From positions 96,001-160,000 of the forward strand of contig CAWFDF010000011.1 in the NCBI GenBank assembly GCA_963814585.1: 64,000 bases of DNA, written 5' to 3'. Positions 55,137 to 64,000 of the stretch are shown here, one piece after another. Below the pieces are notes generated by a model. That model did no database searches. It saw only the letters and a program-made list of their open reading frames with translations, and was not told the origin of the DNA. This DNA is from an uncultured delta proteobacterium (lineage in GTDB: Bacteria > Myxococcota > Myxococcia > Myxococcales > Anaeromyxobacteraceae). Numbering within the stretch: the first letter of the stretch is position 1; each line of letters starts with the position of its first letter. The position numbers and the translations under genes are program-made.

Positions 55137-56323
55137 ATGGATCGTCCCCAGGGACCTGCCGACGGCGAGGTGAGCGTCCTCTCCGGCATCTCCCAGGTGC
55201 CGGCGACGGAGTGGGACGCCCTCTTCGCCCACGAGCCCGAGGTGGCCAGCCCCTTCGTCCGGCATGCCTTCCTGTCGGCGCTCGAGGAGAGCGGCTCCGT
55301 CACCGCCTCCACCGGGTGGACGCCCCGCCACATCCTGCTGCGGCGTGACGGCCGGCTGGTGGCGGCGGCCCCGGTGTACCTGAAGGAGGGCTCGGAGGGA
55401 GACTTCAGCCGGGACTGGGAGTGGGCCAGCGCGGCGGCACGGGCCGGCGTGCCCTACTACCCCAAGCTGGTGCTGGGCATTCCGGCCACGCCGGTGACCG
55501 GCCGGCGTGTCCTCGTCGCCGCCGGTGAGCCGCGCCAGCCGGCGGTGGAGCGGGTGGTCGAGGCGGCGCGGGCGCTGGTCCGCGCCGAGGAGGCCGGAGG
55601 GCTGCACGCCCTCTTCACCACCGCCGAGGAGGCGCTGGAGCTGGAGGCGGCCGGGCTGGCCCGCCGCGTCGACTTCCAGTACCACTGGCGCAACCAGGGC
55701 GACGCCACCATGGCGCAGTTCCTCGGCCGCTTCTCCTCCAAGCGGCGCCACGCCATCCGGCGCGAGCTCCGGGCGCCGGCCGAGCAGGGGATCACCATCC
55801 GCACGGTGCGCGGCGACGAGCTGGCGCGCAACCCGGGGGGCTGGGCCGACGACTGCTACGAGCTGCACCGCAGCTCGACCGACCAGATGGCCTGGGGCAT
55901 GCGCTGGGTGAACCAGGCCTTCTACCAGCTGGTGCTCTCCCGCATGGCCGACGCCGTCGAGGTGGTGGAGGCGCGTCACCACGGTCGGCTGGTCGGGATG
56001 GCCTTCAACCTGGCCACCGCCACCGCCCTCTACGGCCGCTACTGGGGCGCCATCGAGCACCACCCGTTCCTCCACTTCAACGTGGCGCTGTACCACTCCA
56101 TCGACCAGTGCCTGGCCCGCGGCGGTCCTGCGCTTCGAGGGCGGCGCCGGGGGCGAGCACAAGCTGGCGCGCGGCTTCGAGCCGGCGGAGACCTGGAGCT
56201 GCCACGCCCTGGCCGATCCGCGGCTCGACGCGGCGGTGCGGCGTCACCTCGAGACCGAGCTCGAGGTCGCGGCTCGCCGGCGTGGCCCGCTGGCGGGAGG
56301 AGCACCCCCGCCTGGGAGGTTGA
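55137..56323 (+). CDS. GNAT/FemAB-like protein (DUF482 type); two +1 frameshifts near 56125 and 56265
   Basis: YYPKL..IPATPVTG, QYHWRN, LYGRYWG, LHFN..LY, FEGGAGGEHKLARGF. Confidence 0.85.
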
Positions 56324-56465
56324 GGGCGACACGGTCGCGCCGGGCCGTCGAGCGCCTCGCCGGCCCGGCCGGCGGCCGCCCTCACGGCCCCCCTCGCATG
56401 GCCTGAGCCCGGCGCAGCCAGTCAGCCTGCGCCGCAGCAGGGTTCGGGCCAGGTGAGTGGCGCCC

Positions 56466-57215
56466 TCAGCGCCTGCCCCAGTGGAGCAGGATCCGGCGCG
56501 CCCAGCTGGCGCCCCCGTGGGCGGCGGCCAGCTCCCTGGCCCCGCCGAGGAGCGCCTCCAGGCCGGCCGGGCCGAGCGCCGGCCCCACCAGCGAGAGCGA
56601 GCGGAGCACGGCGTCCAGCCGCCGGTCGTCGAGCCGCTCGTGGTGCTGGAACGCCTCGGTGACGTGCGGCGCGGCGCCGGCGTGGGCGAAGAAGAGCTCG
56701 AGGGGCAGCGGGGTGCGCCGGGCCCTCGGGTTGGCGGCCTCCAGCAGCCCGGCCAGCGCCGTCATGAAGGGGGTCTCGGCGAAGCGCGGCTCGACCACCG
56801 CCACCACGCCGCCGCGCCGGACCAGCCGGGCCGCCTCGCGTCCGCAGGGTCCCGCCTCGGTCCAGTGCAGGGCGTCGGCCAGCACCACCAGGTCGAAGGA
56901 CCCGGCAGGCAGCCCGGTCGCCTCGGCCGCGGCGTGGACCGGCAGCACGCCAGGAGGCGGCGGCGATCCCAGGGCGGCGAGCATGGCCCGGGCCGGCTCG
57001 ACGGCGTGGACCGTCAGCCCCGCCGCGGCGAGCGGCAGCGAGAGGTGGCCGGTCCCGGCGCCGAGGTCGGCCGCCCTCGCCGCCGGGCCCCCGGCCAGCG
57101 AGGCCAGCCGGCTCACCAGCCCGGGGGGATACCCCGGCCGGTCCGCGTAGTCCCCGGCCAGCCGGTTGAAGACCCAGCGGCCATCCTCGTGGACGGAGAT
57201 CCCTCGGCGCGACAC
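56466..57215 (-). CDS. Class I SAM-dependent methyltransferase
   Basis: RPGYP, ADLGAGTG, AVEP, AEATGLP, FDLV, ALHW. Confidence 0.88.
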   Translation of the reverse strand: MSRRGISVHEDGRWVFNRLAGDYADRPGYPPGLVSRLASLAGGPAARAADLGAGTGHLSLPLAAAGLTVHAVEPARAMLAALGSPPPPGVLPVHAAAEATGLPAGSFDLVVLADALHWTEAGPCGREAARLVRRGGVVAVVEPRFAETPFMTALAGLLEAANPRARRTPLPLELFFAHAGAAPHVTEAFQHHERLDDRRLDAVLRSLSLVGPALGPAGLEALLGGARELAAAHGGASWARRILLHWGRR

Positions 57216-57298
57216 GGCCGCACGCTACCACCGCCCAGGCGTGACCCGCGCGGGTTCGCCGGCACACCGGCCATGACCGGGGTAATCTCCCACCCCGC

Positions 57299-58558
57299 AT
57301 GAACCTCACGGAGCCTGCCGGACGCGTCGTCCGCGCCCTCGTCGCCACCCGCGCCCGCCGCGTCGCCGTCGGCGCCGTCATCCTCGTCGCGGCGCTGCTG
57401 GCGGTCCGCGCCCTGCGGGGCCGCGAGGTGCCGGCCTACCTCGCCGAGTCCCGCCCGGTGGTCCAGAAGGTGGTGGCGACGGGACGGGTCCGTCCGCTGG
57501 CGCGCCTCTCGCTCGGCAGCCTGGCGCTGGGGCGGGTCCGCGCCGTGCTGGTGCGCGAGGGTGACCAGGTCGCCGGAGGCCAGGTCCTCGTCAAGCTGGA
57601 GGACGTCGAGCAGGCCGCGGCGCTCCGCCAGGCCCAGGGTCGCGTGGCCGAGGCGGCGGCGCGCCTGGAGCAGGTGCGCGGCGTGGCCGGCCGGCAGGCC
57701 GCCGAGGCGCTCCACCAGGCCGAGCTGAGGGTGGCGCAGGCGGAGCAGGACCTGGTCCGGGCCCGACAGCTGGCGGAGGCGGGGAGCACGTCGAGGCAGG
57801 CCATGGAGGACGCCGAGCGGACGCTGGCCCTGGCCCGGAGCCAGCGCGAGACGGCCGCGGCGCAGGCCGCCTCCGCGGGCGGCGCCGACGAGCGACTGGT
57901 GGCGGCGTCGCTGGCGCAGTCGGAGGCGGCGCGGTCGGTGGCGGCGTCGAAGCTGGCCGAGACCGAGATCCGAGCGCCGTCGTCCGGCCAGGTGGTGGCG
58001 CGCGACGTCGAGCCGGGCGACGTGGTGACGGCCGGGAAGGTGCTCCTGGCCATGACCGCCGAGGGCGCCATCGAGCTGACCGCGCAGGTGGACGAGAAGA
58101 ACCTGTCGCTGCTGCTGGTGGGCCAGCCGGCCAGGGCCAGCGCCGACGCCTTCCCGGAGCAGGTCTTCGACGCCGCGGTGGCGCTCATCGCCCCGTCGGT
58201 CGACGCCTCCCGCGGCACCGTGGAGGTCCGGCTCCAGGTCCCCTCACCGCCGCCGGTGCTGCGAGCCGACATGACCGTCTCCGTCAACGTCGAGGTGGGA
58301 CGCAAGGACCGGGCGCTGGTGATCCCGGCCGACGTCATCCGCGATCCCACCGGTGAGCCCTGGGTGCTGGCCATCGCCGGCCGCCACGCCGAGCGGCGCC
58401 CCGTGAAGCTGGGGATGCGGGGCGACGGGCTGGTGGAGGTCATCGCCGGGCTCTCGGCGGGAGAGGCCGTGGTGGCGCCGTCGGCCGGGTTCGTGGCGGA
58501 GGGGGAGCGGGTGCGGGCGCGGCCGCTGCCGGCCCCGGGAGCCGGGCATGCCCTTTGA
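57299..58558 (+). CDS. Membrane fusion protein (MacA-like)
   Basis: N-terminal TM, VREGDQV, coiled coil, IRAPSSG, LRADMTV. Confidence 0.9.
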   Translation: MNLTEPAGRVVRALVATRARRVAVGAVILVAALLAVRALRGREVPAYLAESRPVVQKVVATGRVRPLARLSLGSLALGRVRAVLVREGDQVAGGQVLVKLEDVEQAAALRQAQGRVAEAAARLEQVRGVAGRQAAEALHQAELRVAQAEQDLVRARQLAEAGSTSRQAMEDAERTLALARSQRETAAAQAASAGGADERLVAASLAQSEAARSVAASKLAETEIRAPSSGQVVARDVEPGDVVTAGKVLLAMTAEGAIELTAQVDEKNLSLLLVGQPARASADAFPEQVFDAAVALIAPSVDASRGTVEVRLQVPSPPPVLRADMTVSVNVEVGRKDRALVIPADVIRDPTGEPWVLAIAGRHAERRPVKLGMRGDGLVEVIAGLSAGEAVVAPSAGFVAEGERVRARPLPAPGAGHAL

Positions 58559-59765
58559 GCTCTTCGTGGCCCTCCGCTTCCTGAGGGAAGGGAAGGCGCA
58601 GACCGCCCTGATCCTCGGCGGGACCACCATCGGCGTGGCGGTGATCATCTTCCTCTCCGCGCTCATCGGCGGGTTGCAGGCCACGCTCATCGACCAGACG
58701 CTCTCCGCGCAGGCCCACGTCATCCTGAAGCGGCCCGAGCGCGTGGCGAGGGTGATGGCGCCGCCGGGAGGCGCCGCGGTGGTGGCCCGGCTGGAGAAGG
58801 CGCCGGAGCGCGAGAAGTCGATCGAGCAGTGGCAGGCCCTGCTCGGCGAGATCCGCGCCACCCCTGGGGTGGTGGCCGCCACCCCGACCGCGGCCGGCTC
58901 GGCCTTCGCCTCGCGCGGCGAGCTCTCCAGGTCGGTGGCGCTGCGCGGGCTCGATCGCCAGACCTTTGACCAGGTCATCAAGCTGGTCCCGCGAATCACC
59001 GTGGGGTCGTTCCGCGTCGACGGCACCGAGGCGGTGATCGGGACGGTGCTGGCCCGGGACCTCGGCGTCGAGGTCGGCGACAAGCTCCGGCTCACCACCG
59101 CGCAGGGGCGCGGCGACGTCTTCACGGTGAGCGGCATCTTCGACGTCGGCAACAAGGACGTGAACCAGCGCTGGGTGCTGGTGTCGCTCCGCCAGGCCCA
59201 GACCCTGCTCGACCTCGCCGGGGGCATCACCACCATCGAGGTGAAGGTGGACCAGGTCTTCGCCGCCGAGGCCATGTCGCAGGAGCTCTCGGCGCTCACC
59301 GGGCTGACCGCCGAGAGCTGGATGAGGCTCAACCAGCAGCTGCTCAACGGGCTGCAGGCGCAGAGCTCCTCCTCGGTGATGATCCAGGCCTTCGTGGTGA
59401 TCGCGGTGGCGCTCGGCATCGCCTCGGTGCTGGGCGTCTCGGTGATCCAGAAGAGCCGCGAGATCGGCATCCTCAAGGCCACCGGCACCAGCACCGGCAC
59501 GGTGCTTCGCATCTTCCTCATCGAGGGGGCCATCGTCGGCGCGGTGGGCTCGATGCTCGGAGGCGTCATCGGGGCCGGCCTCTCCAGCTTCTTCGCCCAC
59601 GCCGTGAAGAACCCCTACGGCGAGTCGCTCTTCCCCATCCAGCTGACCCCGCGCCTCTTCCTCACCGCCGCGGCGGTGGCGCTGGTGACTGGCCTGGTCT
59701 CGGCCTGGTATCCGGCCCGCCACGCGGCCCGCCTCGACCCGGCCCAGGTGATCCGCGGTGGCTGA
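58548..59765 (+). CDS. MacB/FtsX-family ABC permease
   Basis: TM-periplasmic-TM layout, [21 protein letters not shown]. Confidence 0.9.
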   Translation: MPFELFVALRFLREGKAQTALILGGTTIGVAVIIFLSALIGGLQATLIDQTLSAQAHVILKRPERVARVMAPPGGAAVVARLEKAPEREKSIEQWQALLGEIRATPGVVAATPTAAGSAFASRGELSRSVALRGLDRQTFDQVIKLVPRITVGSFRVDGTEAVIGTVLARDLGVEVGDKLRLTTAQGRGDVFTVSGIFDVGNKDVNQRWVLVSLRQAQTLLDLAGGITTIEVKVDQVFAAEAMSQELSALTGLTAESWMRLNQQLLNGLQAQSSSSVMIQAFVVIAVALGIASVLGVSVIQKSREIGILKATGTSTGTVLRIFLIEGAIVGAVGSMLGGVIGAGLSSFFAHAVKNPYGESLFPIQLTPRLFLTAAAVALVTGLVSAWYPARHAARLDPAQVIRGG

Positions 59766-60462
59766 CCCGGTCGTCGAGCTCCAGGGGGTGGTGAAGGACT
59801 ACGGCGACGTGGTCCGGACCCGGGTGCTCCACGGCCTCGACCTGCGCGTCGAGGCGGGCGAGTTCACCGCGCTGATCGGCCCGTCCGGCTCTGGCAAGTC
59901 CACCCTGCTCAACCTCATCGGCTTGCTGGATCGCCCCACCGAGGGGCGGCTCCTCATCGCCGGCGAGGAGACCGGCGCGCTCGACGACGACGGCCTGACC
60001 CGCCACCGGGGCCGGTCGATCGGCTTCGTCTTCCAGTTCCACCACCTGCTGCCCGAGTTCTCCGCCGTCGAGAACGTGATGATCCCGATGATGGCGCTGC
60101 GCGGCCGGCAGGACCCGTCCATGCGCGAGTGCGCCGGCGCGCTGCTCGGGCAGGTGGGGCTGGGCCAGCTCCTCGATCGCCGCGCCACGCTCCTCTCCGG
60201 CGGGCAGCAGCAGCGCGTCGCCATCGCCCGGGCGCTGGCCATGGCGCCCAGGCTGGTGCTGGCCGACGAGCCGACCGGAAACCTCGACACCGCCAGCGCC
60301 GACGAGATCTTCACGCTGCTGCGCCAGTTCAACGAGAGGGCCGGCACCACCTTCCTCATCGTCACCCACGACCCACGGCTGGCGGCGCGCTGCGACCGGA
60401 TCGTCGAGCTGGTGGACGGGCGGGTGGTCTCCGACCGGCCCAACCAGGCGAGGCGGCCGTGA
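59758..60462 (+). CDS. ABC ATP-binding protein (LolD/MacB-like)
   Basis: [33 protein letters not shown]. Confidence 0.93.
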   Translation: MADPVVELQGVVKDYGDVVRTRVLHGLDLRVEAGEFTALIGPSGSGKSTLLNLIGLLDRPTEGRLLIAGEETGALDDDGLTRHRGRSIGFVFQFHHLLPEFSAVENVMIPMMALRGRQDPSMRECAGALLGQVGLGQLLDRRATLLSGGQQQRVAIARALAMAPRLVLADEPTGNLDTASADEIFTLLRQFNERAGTTFLIVTHDPRLAARCDRIVELVDGRVVSDRPNQARRP

Positions 60463-60836
60463 GCGTCCCGGTGGCGACGGCGCTGCGGTCCGCGGCGCGG
60501 CGGGCCGTCCGGCTCCCCGAGGCCGCGCTGCGGGCCGAGTGCGAGGAGACCTTCTTCACCGCGGGTGGCCCGGGCGGGCAGCATCGCAACAAGACCGAGA
60601 GCGGCGTGCGGCTGCTGCACCGGCCCACCGGGGTCCTGGTCACCGCCACCGAGCGGCGCAGCCAGGTGCAGAACCGCGGCGAGGCGCTCAAGCGGCTGCG
60701 GGCCCGGCTGGCCGAGCTCGGGGTGGAGCCGAAGCGGCGGCGGCCGACCCGGCCGACGCGCGGCTCGCAGGAGCGCCGCATCGCCGAGAAGAAGCACCGG
60801 GCGGCGCACAAGGCGGAGCGGTCCCGGCTCGACTGA
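60459..60836 (+). CDS. ArfB/YaeJ-like peptidyl-tRNA hydrolase (release-factor GGQ domain + basic tail)
   Basis: [43 protein letters not shown]. Confidence 0.85.
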   Translation: MSVPVATALRSAARRAVRLPEAALRAECEETFFTAGGPGGQHRNKTESGVRLLHRPTGVLVTATERRSQVQNRGEALKRLRARLAELGVEPKRRRPTRPTRGSQERRIAEKKHRAAHKAERSRLD

Positions 60837-60862
60837 CCTGGACGGCCGCGCCGGCCGGGTGC

Positions 60863-61225
60863 TCAGGGCGCGGCGGCCGACGCCGCCGGCGCCGGCTCGG
60901 CCAGCCCGGCCCGCACCAGCCGATCGACGGACGACTTCACCTCGGCCGGCTCGATGCCGCTGGACTCCATGGCCTGGACCAGGTCGTTGAGGCCGCGCTG
61001 GTGGCCGCGCAGCTCGCTGAGCAGCAGGCCGTCGCCGGGCTGCACCCCGAACGGCGCGGCCCAGGCCGCCAGCGCCGTGTCGAGGGTGGCGCGGCCGCTT
61101 CCGCGCGAGCCGTTGACCGCGTCACGATGCAGCTGGTCGGCGGCCTCGCCCGCGGCGGAGAGGACGAACTTCTGGCCGCGGGGCCAGCGGCGCGGGGCGC
61201 CGGACGTGAGCCGTTCGGTGTGCAT
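60863..61225 (-). CDS. Small hypothetical protein, possibly winged helix
   Basis: GC3 bias; C-terminal EVKSSVDRLVRAGL helix. Confidence 0.6.
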   Translation of the reverse strand: MHTERLTSGAPRRWPRGQKFVLSAAGEAADQLHRDAVNGSRGSGRATLDTALAAWAAPFGVQPGDGLLLSELRGHQRGLNDLVQAMESSGIEPAEVKSSVDRLVRAGLAEPAPAASAAAP

Positions 61226-61283
61226 GGGAGGGGCAGGTATCCGCCCTCGCCAGCCCGAAGTCAACGGCCCCCGGCCGCCGCCC

Positions 61284-63824
61284 TCACGTCCCGACGCGCA
61301 GCAGCGTGAGCAGCGGCCGGTCGGGGTCGAAGGTGCCCGACAGGTCGACGTGGCACTGCACCATCCAGTCCACCTCGCCCGCCTCGTCCACCAGCCGCTG
61401 CACCGCCTCCCAGCGGCGCGGGGCGAGCTCCTTCAGGAAGGTGTGGTGGGGCTTGCGCGCGGCCGGGGTCTGGTCGATGCGCGGGTGCTCGGCGAAGTAG
61501 GGGGCCAGCTCGGCCTCCAGCCGCGTGGCCGGCCACTCGGCCGGGTCGGCCAGCGCCTCCGCGGCGGCCACCCAGTCCCGGCGCGCCAGCGCCGCCACCA
61601 GCCGGTGCAGCTCGGTCCGCAGCCGGGCCGCGAAGGCGCGGGCGTCGGCCCAGATGGGCGGCGGGGCCACCGGCCGGGTGAGCGCCTCCAGCGGCGCCGC
61701 CTGGTAGGCCGGATTGCGCAGCCGCTCCCACTCGTCGAGCAGGGAGGAGTCGACGCCGCGCACCGTGGTCCGCAGGAAGGCGATGACGTCCTCCAGGGTC
61801 TCGTCGCGATAGGCGGCCGGCACCGTCTGCACCAGCGTCTTGTAGCTCTCGGTGAGGTAGCGGAGCAGCAGCCCCTCGGAGCGGGGCAGCTCGTACTCGC
61901 GCACGTACTCGCCGAAGGTCATGAACCGCTCCGCCATCTCCCGGGCCACCGACTTGGGCCGGATGTTCTCGGCGCCCACCCAGGGGTGCTTCTCGGCGAA
62001 GTCGTTGAAGGTGGCGTAGACGAAGTCGCGGTTGGGCTTGGGGTACTCCACCTCCTCGAGCGCCTTCATCCGCTCGTCGTACTCCACGCCCTCGGCCTTC
62101 ATCCGCGCCACGGCCTCGCCGCGGGCCCGGTCGAGCTGCTTCCAGAGGATCTGGTCGGGGTTCTCCTGGATCGACTCCACCATGGAGAGCACGTCGAGCG
62201 CGTAGGTCTCCGAGTCGCGCGGGATCCTCGGGAGCGTGTCGAGCAGGTAGAGCGAGAGGGTGTGGAAGAGGGAGAAGTCCTTCTGCAGCCCCTCGGCCGG
62301 GCGCAGGTAGGCGCCCCGGTAGCCGTCGATCCGCTCGAGCCGGACCAGGCCGGCCAGCCGGAGGGTCCGCAGCCGCTGCGCCGCCGCCACCCGGTGCCGG
62401 TGCTGGAGGACCTCGGTGCCGTGCGAGCGGGCGATGAGCCGCACCAGCCGGCCGTATCCGCCGCCGCGCTCGGTGGTCTCGCTCTGCAGCAGGTTGACCA
62501 GCAGCGTGAAGGACGGCTCGAAGCGGCTCTGCAGCGGCTCCGGCTCCTTCGCCTGGAGCCGCTCGAAGGTCTGGCGGTCGAAGTGGACGTAGCCCTTGGT
62601 GGGCGGCTGCTTCTTGACGATCTTCTTGCCCGCCTTCTCCTTCTCGGCCAGGCGCCTGTTCTCGACCACGTGCTCGGGCGCCTGCGCCAGCACGTAGCCC
62701 CGCTCGTCGAAGCCCTTGCGCCCGGCCCGCCCGGCGATCTGGTGGAAGTCGCGGGCCGGGAGGACCACCGTCTTCTCGCCGTCGAACTTGCAGAGCTGCG
62801 TGAAGAGCACGGTGCGGATGGGGATGTTGACGCCCACGCCGAGCGTGTCGGTGCCGGAGATCACCTTGAGCAGCCCCTGCTGGGCCAGCCGCTCGACCAG
62901 CAGGCGGTACCTCGGCAGCAGGCCGGCGTGGTGCAGGCCGATGCCGTGGCGCAGGAAGCGCTGCAGCTCCTTGCCGTAGGGGGAGTCGAAGCGGAAGCCC
63001 TCCAGCGCCACGCGGATCGCCTCCTTCTCCTCCCGGGACGAGAAGGTGGCGCTCATCAGGTTCTGCGCCTGCTCGGCGGCGGCCCGCTGCGTGAAGTTGA
63101 CGAGGTAGACCGGCGCCCGCCTGGACGAGACCAGCTCCTCGAGCGTCTCGTGGAGCGGCGTCTCTCGCCAGGAGAACTCCAGCGGCACCGGCCGGTCGGC
63201 CGATCGGACCGCCGCCACCTCGCGACCGGTCACCTCCTTCAACGAGGCCTCGATGGCGGTGGTGTCGCCCAGCGTGGCCGACATGAGCAGGAAGGTGGCC
63301 TTCTCGAGCGCCAGCAGGGGCACCTGCCACGCCACGCCGCGCTCGCGGTCGCCGTAGTAGTGGAACTCGTCCATCACGATGGCGTCGTCGCGCAGGGTCT
63401 TCTCGCGGACCGCCACGTTCATGAGGATCTCGGCGGTGCAGCAGAGGATGGAGGCGTCGCGGTTGACGGCGCCGTCGCCGGTCATCATGCCGACGCGCTC
63501 GGGGCCGAAGAGCCGGCACAGGTCGAAGAACTTCTCGTTGACCAGCGCCTTGATGGGGCAGGTGTAGAAGCTGCGCCGGCCCTCGCAGAGGGCCTTGAAG
63601 TGCAGGAAGGTCGCCACCAGCGACTTGCCCGAGCCGGTCGGCGTGGCCAGCACCAGGTGGCGCCCGTCCAGCAGCTGCAGCAGCGCCTCCTCCTGGTGCG
63701 GGTAGAGCGTCATGCCGGTGCCGGCCACCCAGCCGAGGAAGCGGTCGAGGACGGCGTCGGCGGCCAGCCGCTCGCCGGGTGCGGGGAGGAGTGCGGCGAG
63801 CGGGGCGATGGCTGGGGTGGTCAT
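61284..63824 (-). CDS. Ski2/HelY-like DEAH helicase (DUF3516 type)
   Basis: PTGSGKS, DEFH, SAT, HHAG, TDTLGVGVN, QIAGRAGR. Confidence 0.92.
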   Translation of the reverse strand: MTTPAIAPLAALLPAPGERLAADAVLDRFLGWVAGTGMTLYPHQEEALLQLLDGRHLVLATPTGSGKSLVATFLHFKALCEGRRSFYTCPIKALVNEKFFDLCRLFGPERVGMMTGDGAVNRDASILCCTAEILMNVAVREKTLRDDAIVMDEFHYYGDRERGVAWQVPLLALEKATFLLMSATLGDTTAIEASLKEVTGREVAAVRSADRPVPLEFSWRETPLHETLEELVSSRRAPVYLVNFTQRAAAEQAQNLMSATFSSREEKEAIRVALEGFRFDSPYGKELQRFLRHGIGLHHAGLLPRYRLLVERLAQQGLLKVISGTDTLGVGVNIPIRTVLFTQLCKFDGEKTVVLPARDFHQIAGRAGRKGFDERGYVLAQAPEHVVENRRLAEKEKAGKKIVKKQPPTKGYVHFDRQTFERLQAKEPEPLQSRFEPSFTLLVNLLQSETTERGGGYGRLVRLIARSHGTEVLQHRHRVAAAQRLRTLRLAGLVRLERIDGYRGAYLRPAEGLQKDFSLFHTLSLYLLDTLPRIPRDSETYALDVLSMVESIQENPDQILWKQLDRARGEAVARMKAEGVEYDERMKALEEVEYPKPNRDFVYATFNDFAEKHPWVGAENIRPKSVAREMAERFMTFGEYVREYELPRSEGLLLRYLTESYKTLVQTVPAAYRDETLEDVIAFLRTTVRGVDSSLLDEWERLRNPAYQAAPLEALTRPVAPPPIWADARAFAARLRTELHRLVAALARRDWVAAAEALADPAEWPATRLEAELAPYFAEHPRIDQTPAARKPHHTFLKELAPRRWEAVQRLVDEAGEVDWMVQCHVDLSGTFDPDRPLLTLLRVGT

Positions 63825-63946
63825 GTGGAAGGCGGCAACCTACCGCGACGCCCCTTCACGATCCATTTGGGGTGGCGGGGGGCGTGGACCTGCGCCACAA
63901 TCGCGCCTCCCGAACACCCGGGCCCGCCACGGACTCCAGGAACCTC

Positions 63947-64000
63947 ATGAACGCGCGCAAGTACTCCCTCTACGGCGTGATCCTCGGCGTCTTCCTCCCG
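63947..64000 (+). CDS. Partial membrane protein (N-terminus MNARKYSLYGVILGVFLP)
   Basis: ATG after AGGA; runs off the window. Confidence 0.5.
   Translation, partial: MNARKYSLYGVILGVFLP

Overview
A very GC-rich bacterial window whose gene content and style suggest a myxobacterium/Anaeromyxobacter-like organism (inferred, not searched). From left to right it holds: (1) a cobalamin-riboswitch-controlled B12 uptake operon (TonB receptor, Cys-rich lipoprotein, BtuF/C/D-like); (2) a putative sigma54-driven small-protein + ComEA pair; (3) esterase-glpK, radA, and bioB-bioF with a clear BirA-type operator; (4) a visibly lower-GC surface-polysaccharide locus at about 14.9-34.8 kb (Wza, PCP, Ig-repeat esterase lipoprotein, methyltransferase, GTs, Wzy, Wzx, AsnB, epimerase, WecA, Wzi); (5) an ECF sigma / Ser-Thr kinase-WD40 module with a 181-bp MITE just upstream; (6) ilvA, a LuxR regulator, dnaE and a VOC protein with a basic repeat tail; (7) a monomeric PheRS paralog with altered active-site motifs, preceded by a promoter and an unannotated structured leader peptide, which is the best candidate here for a poorly described system; (8) ilvE, purQ/purL, alr, a GNAT, a MacAB-like transporter, an ArfB-like factor and a DEAH helicase. 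At least seven genes, including dnaE and purL, carry frameshifts that are mostly +1 and look like long-read consensus errors. Many genes appear leaderless. No CRISPR array, rRNA, tRNA or transposase was seen.
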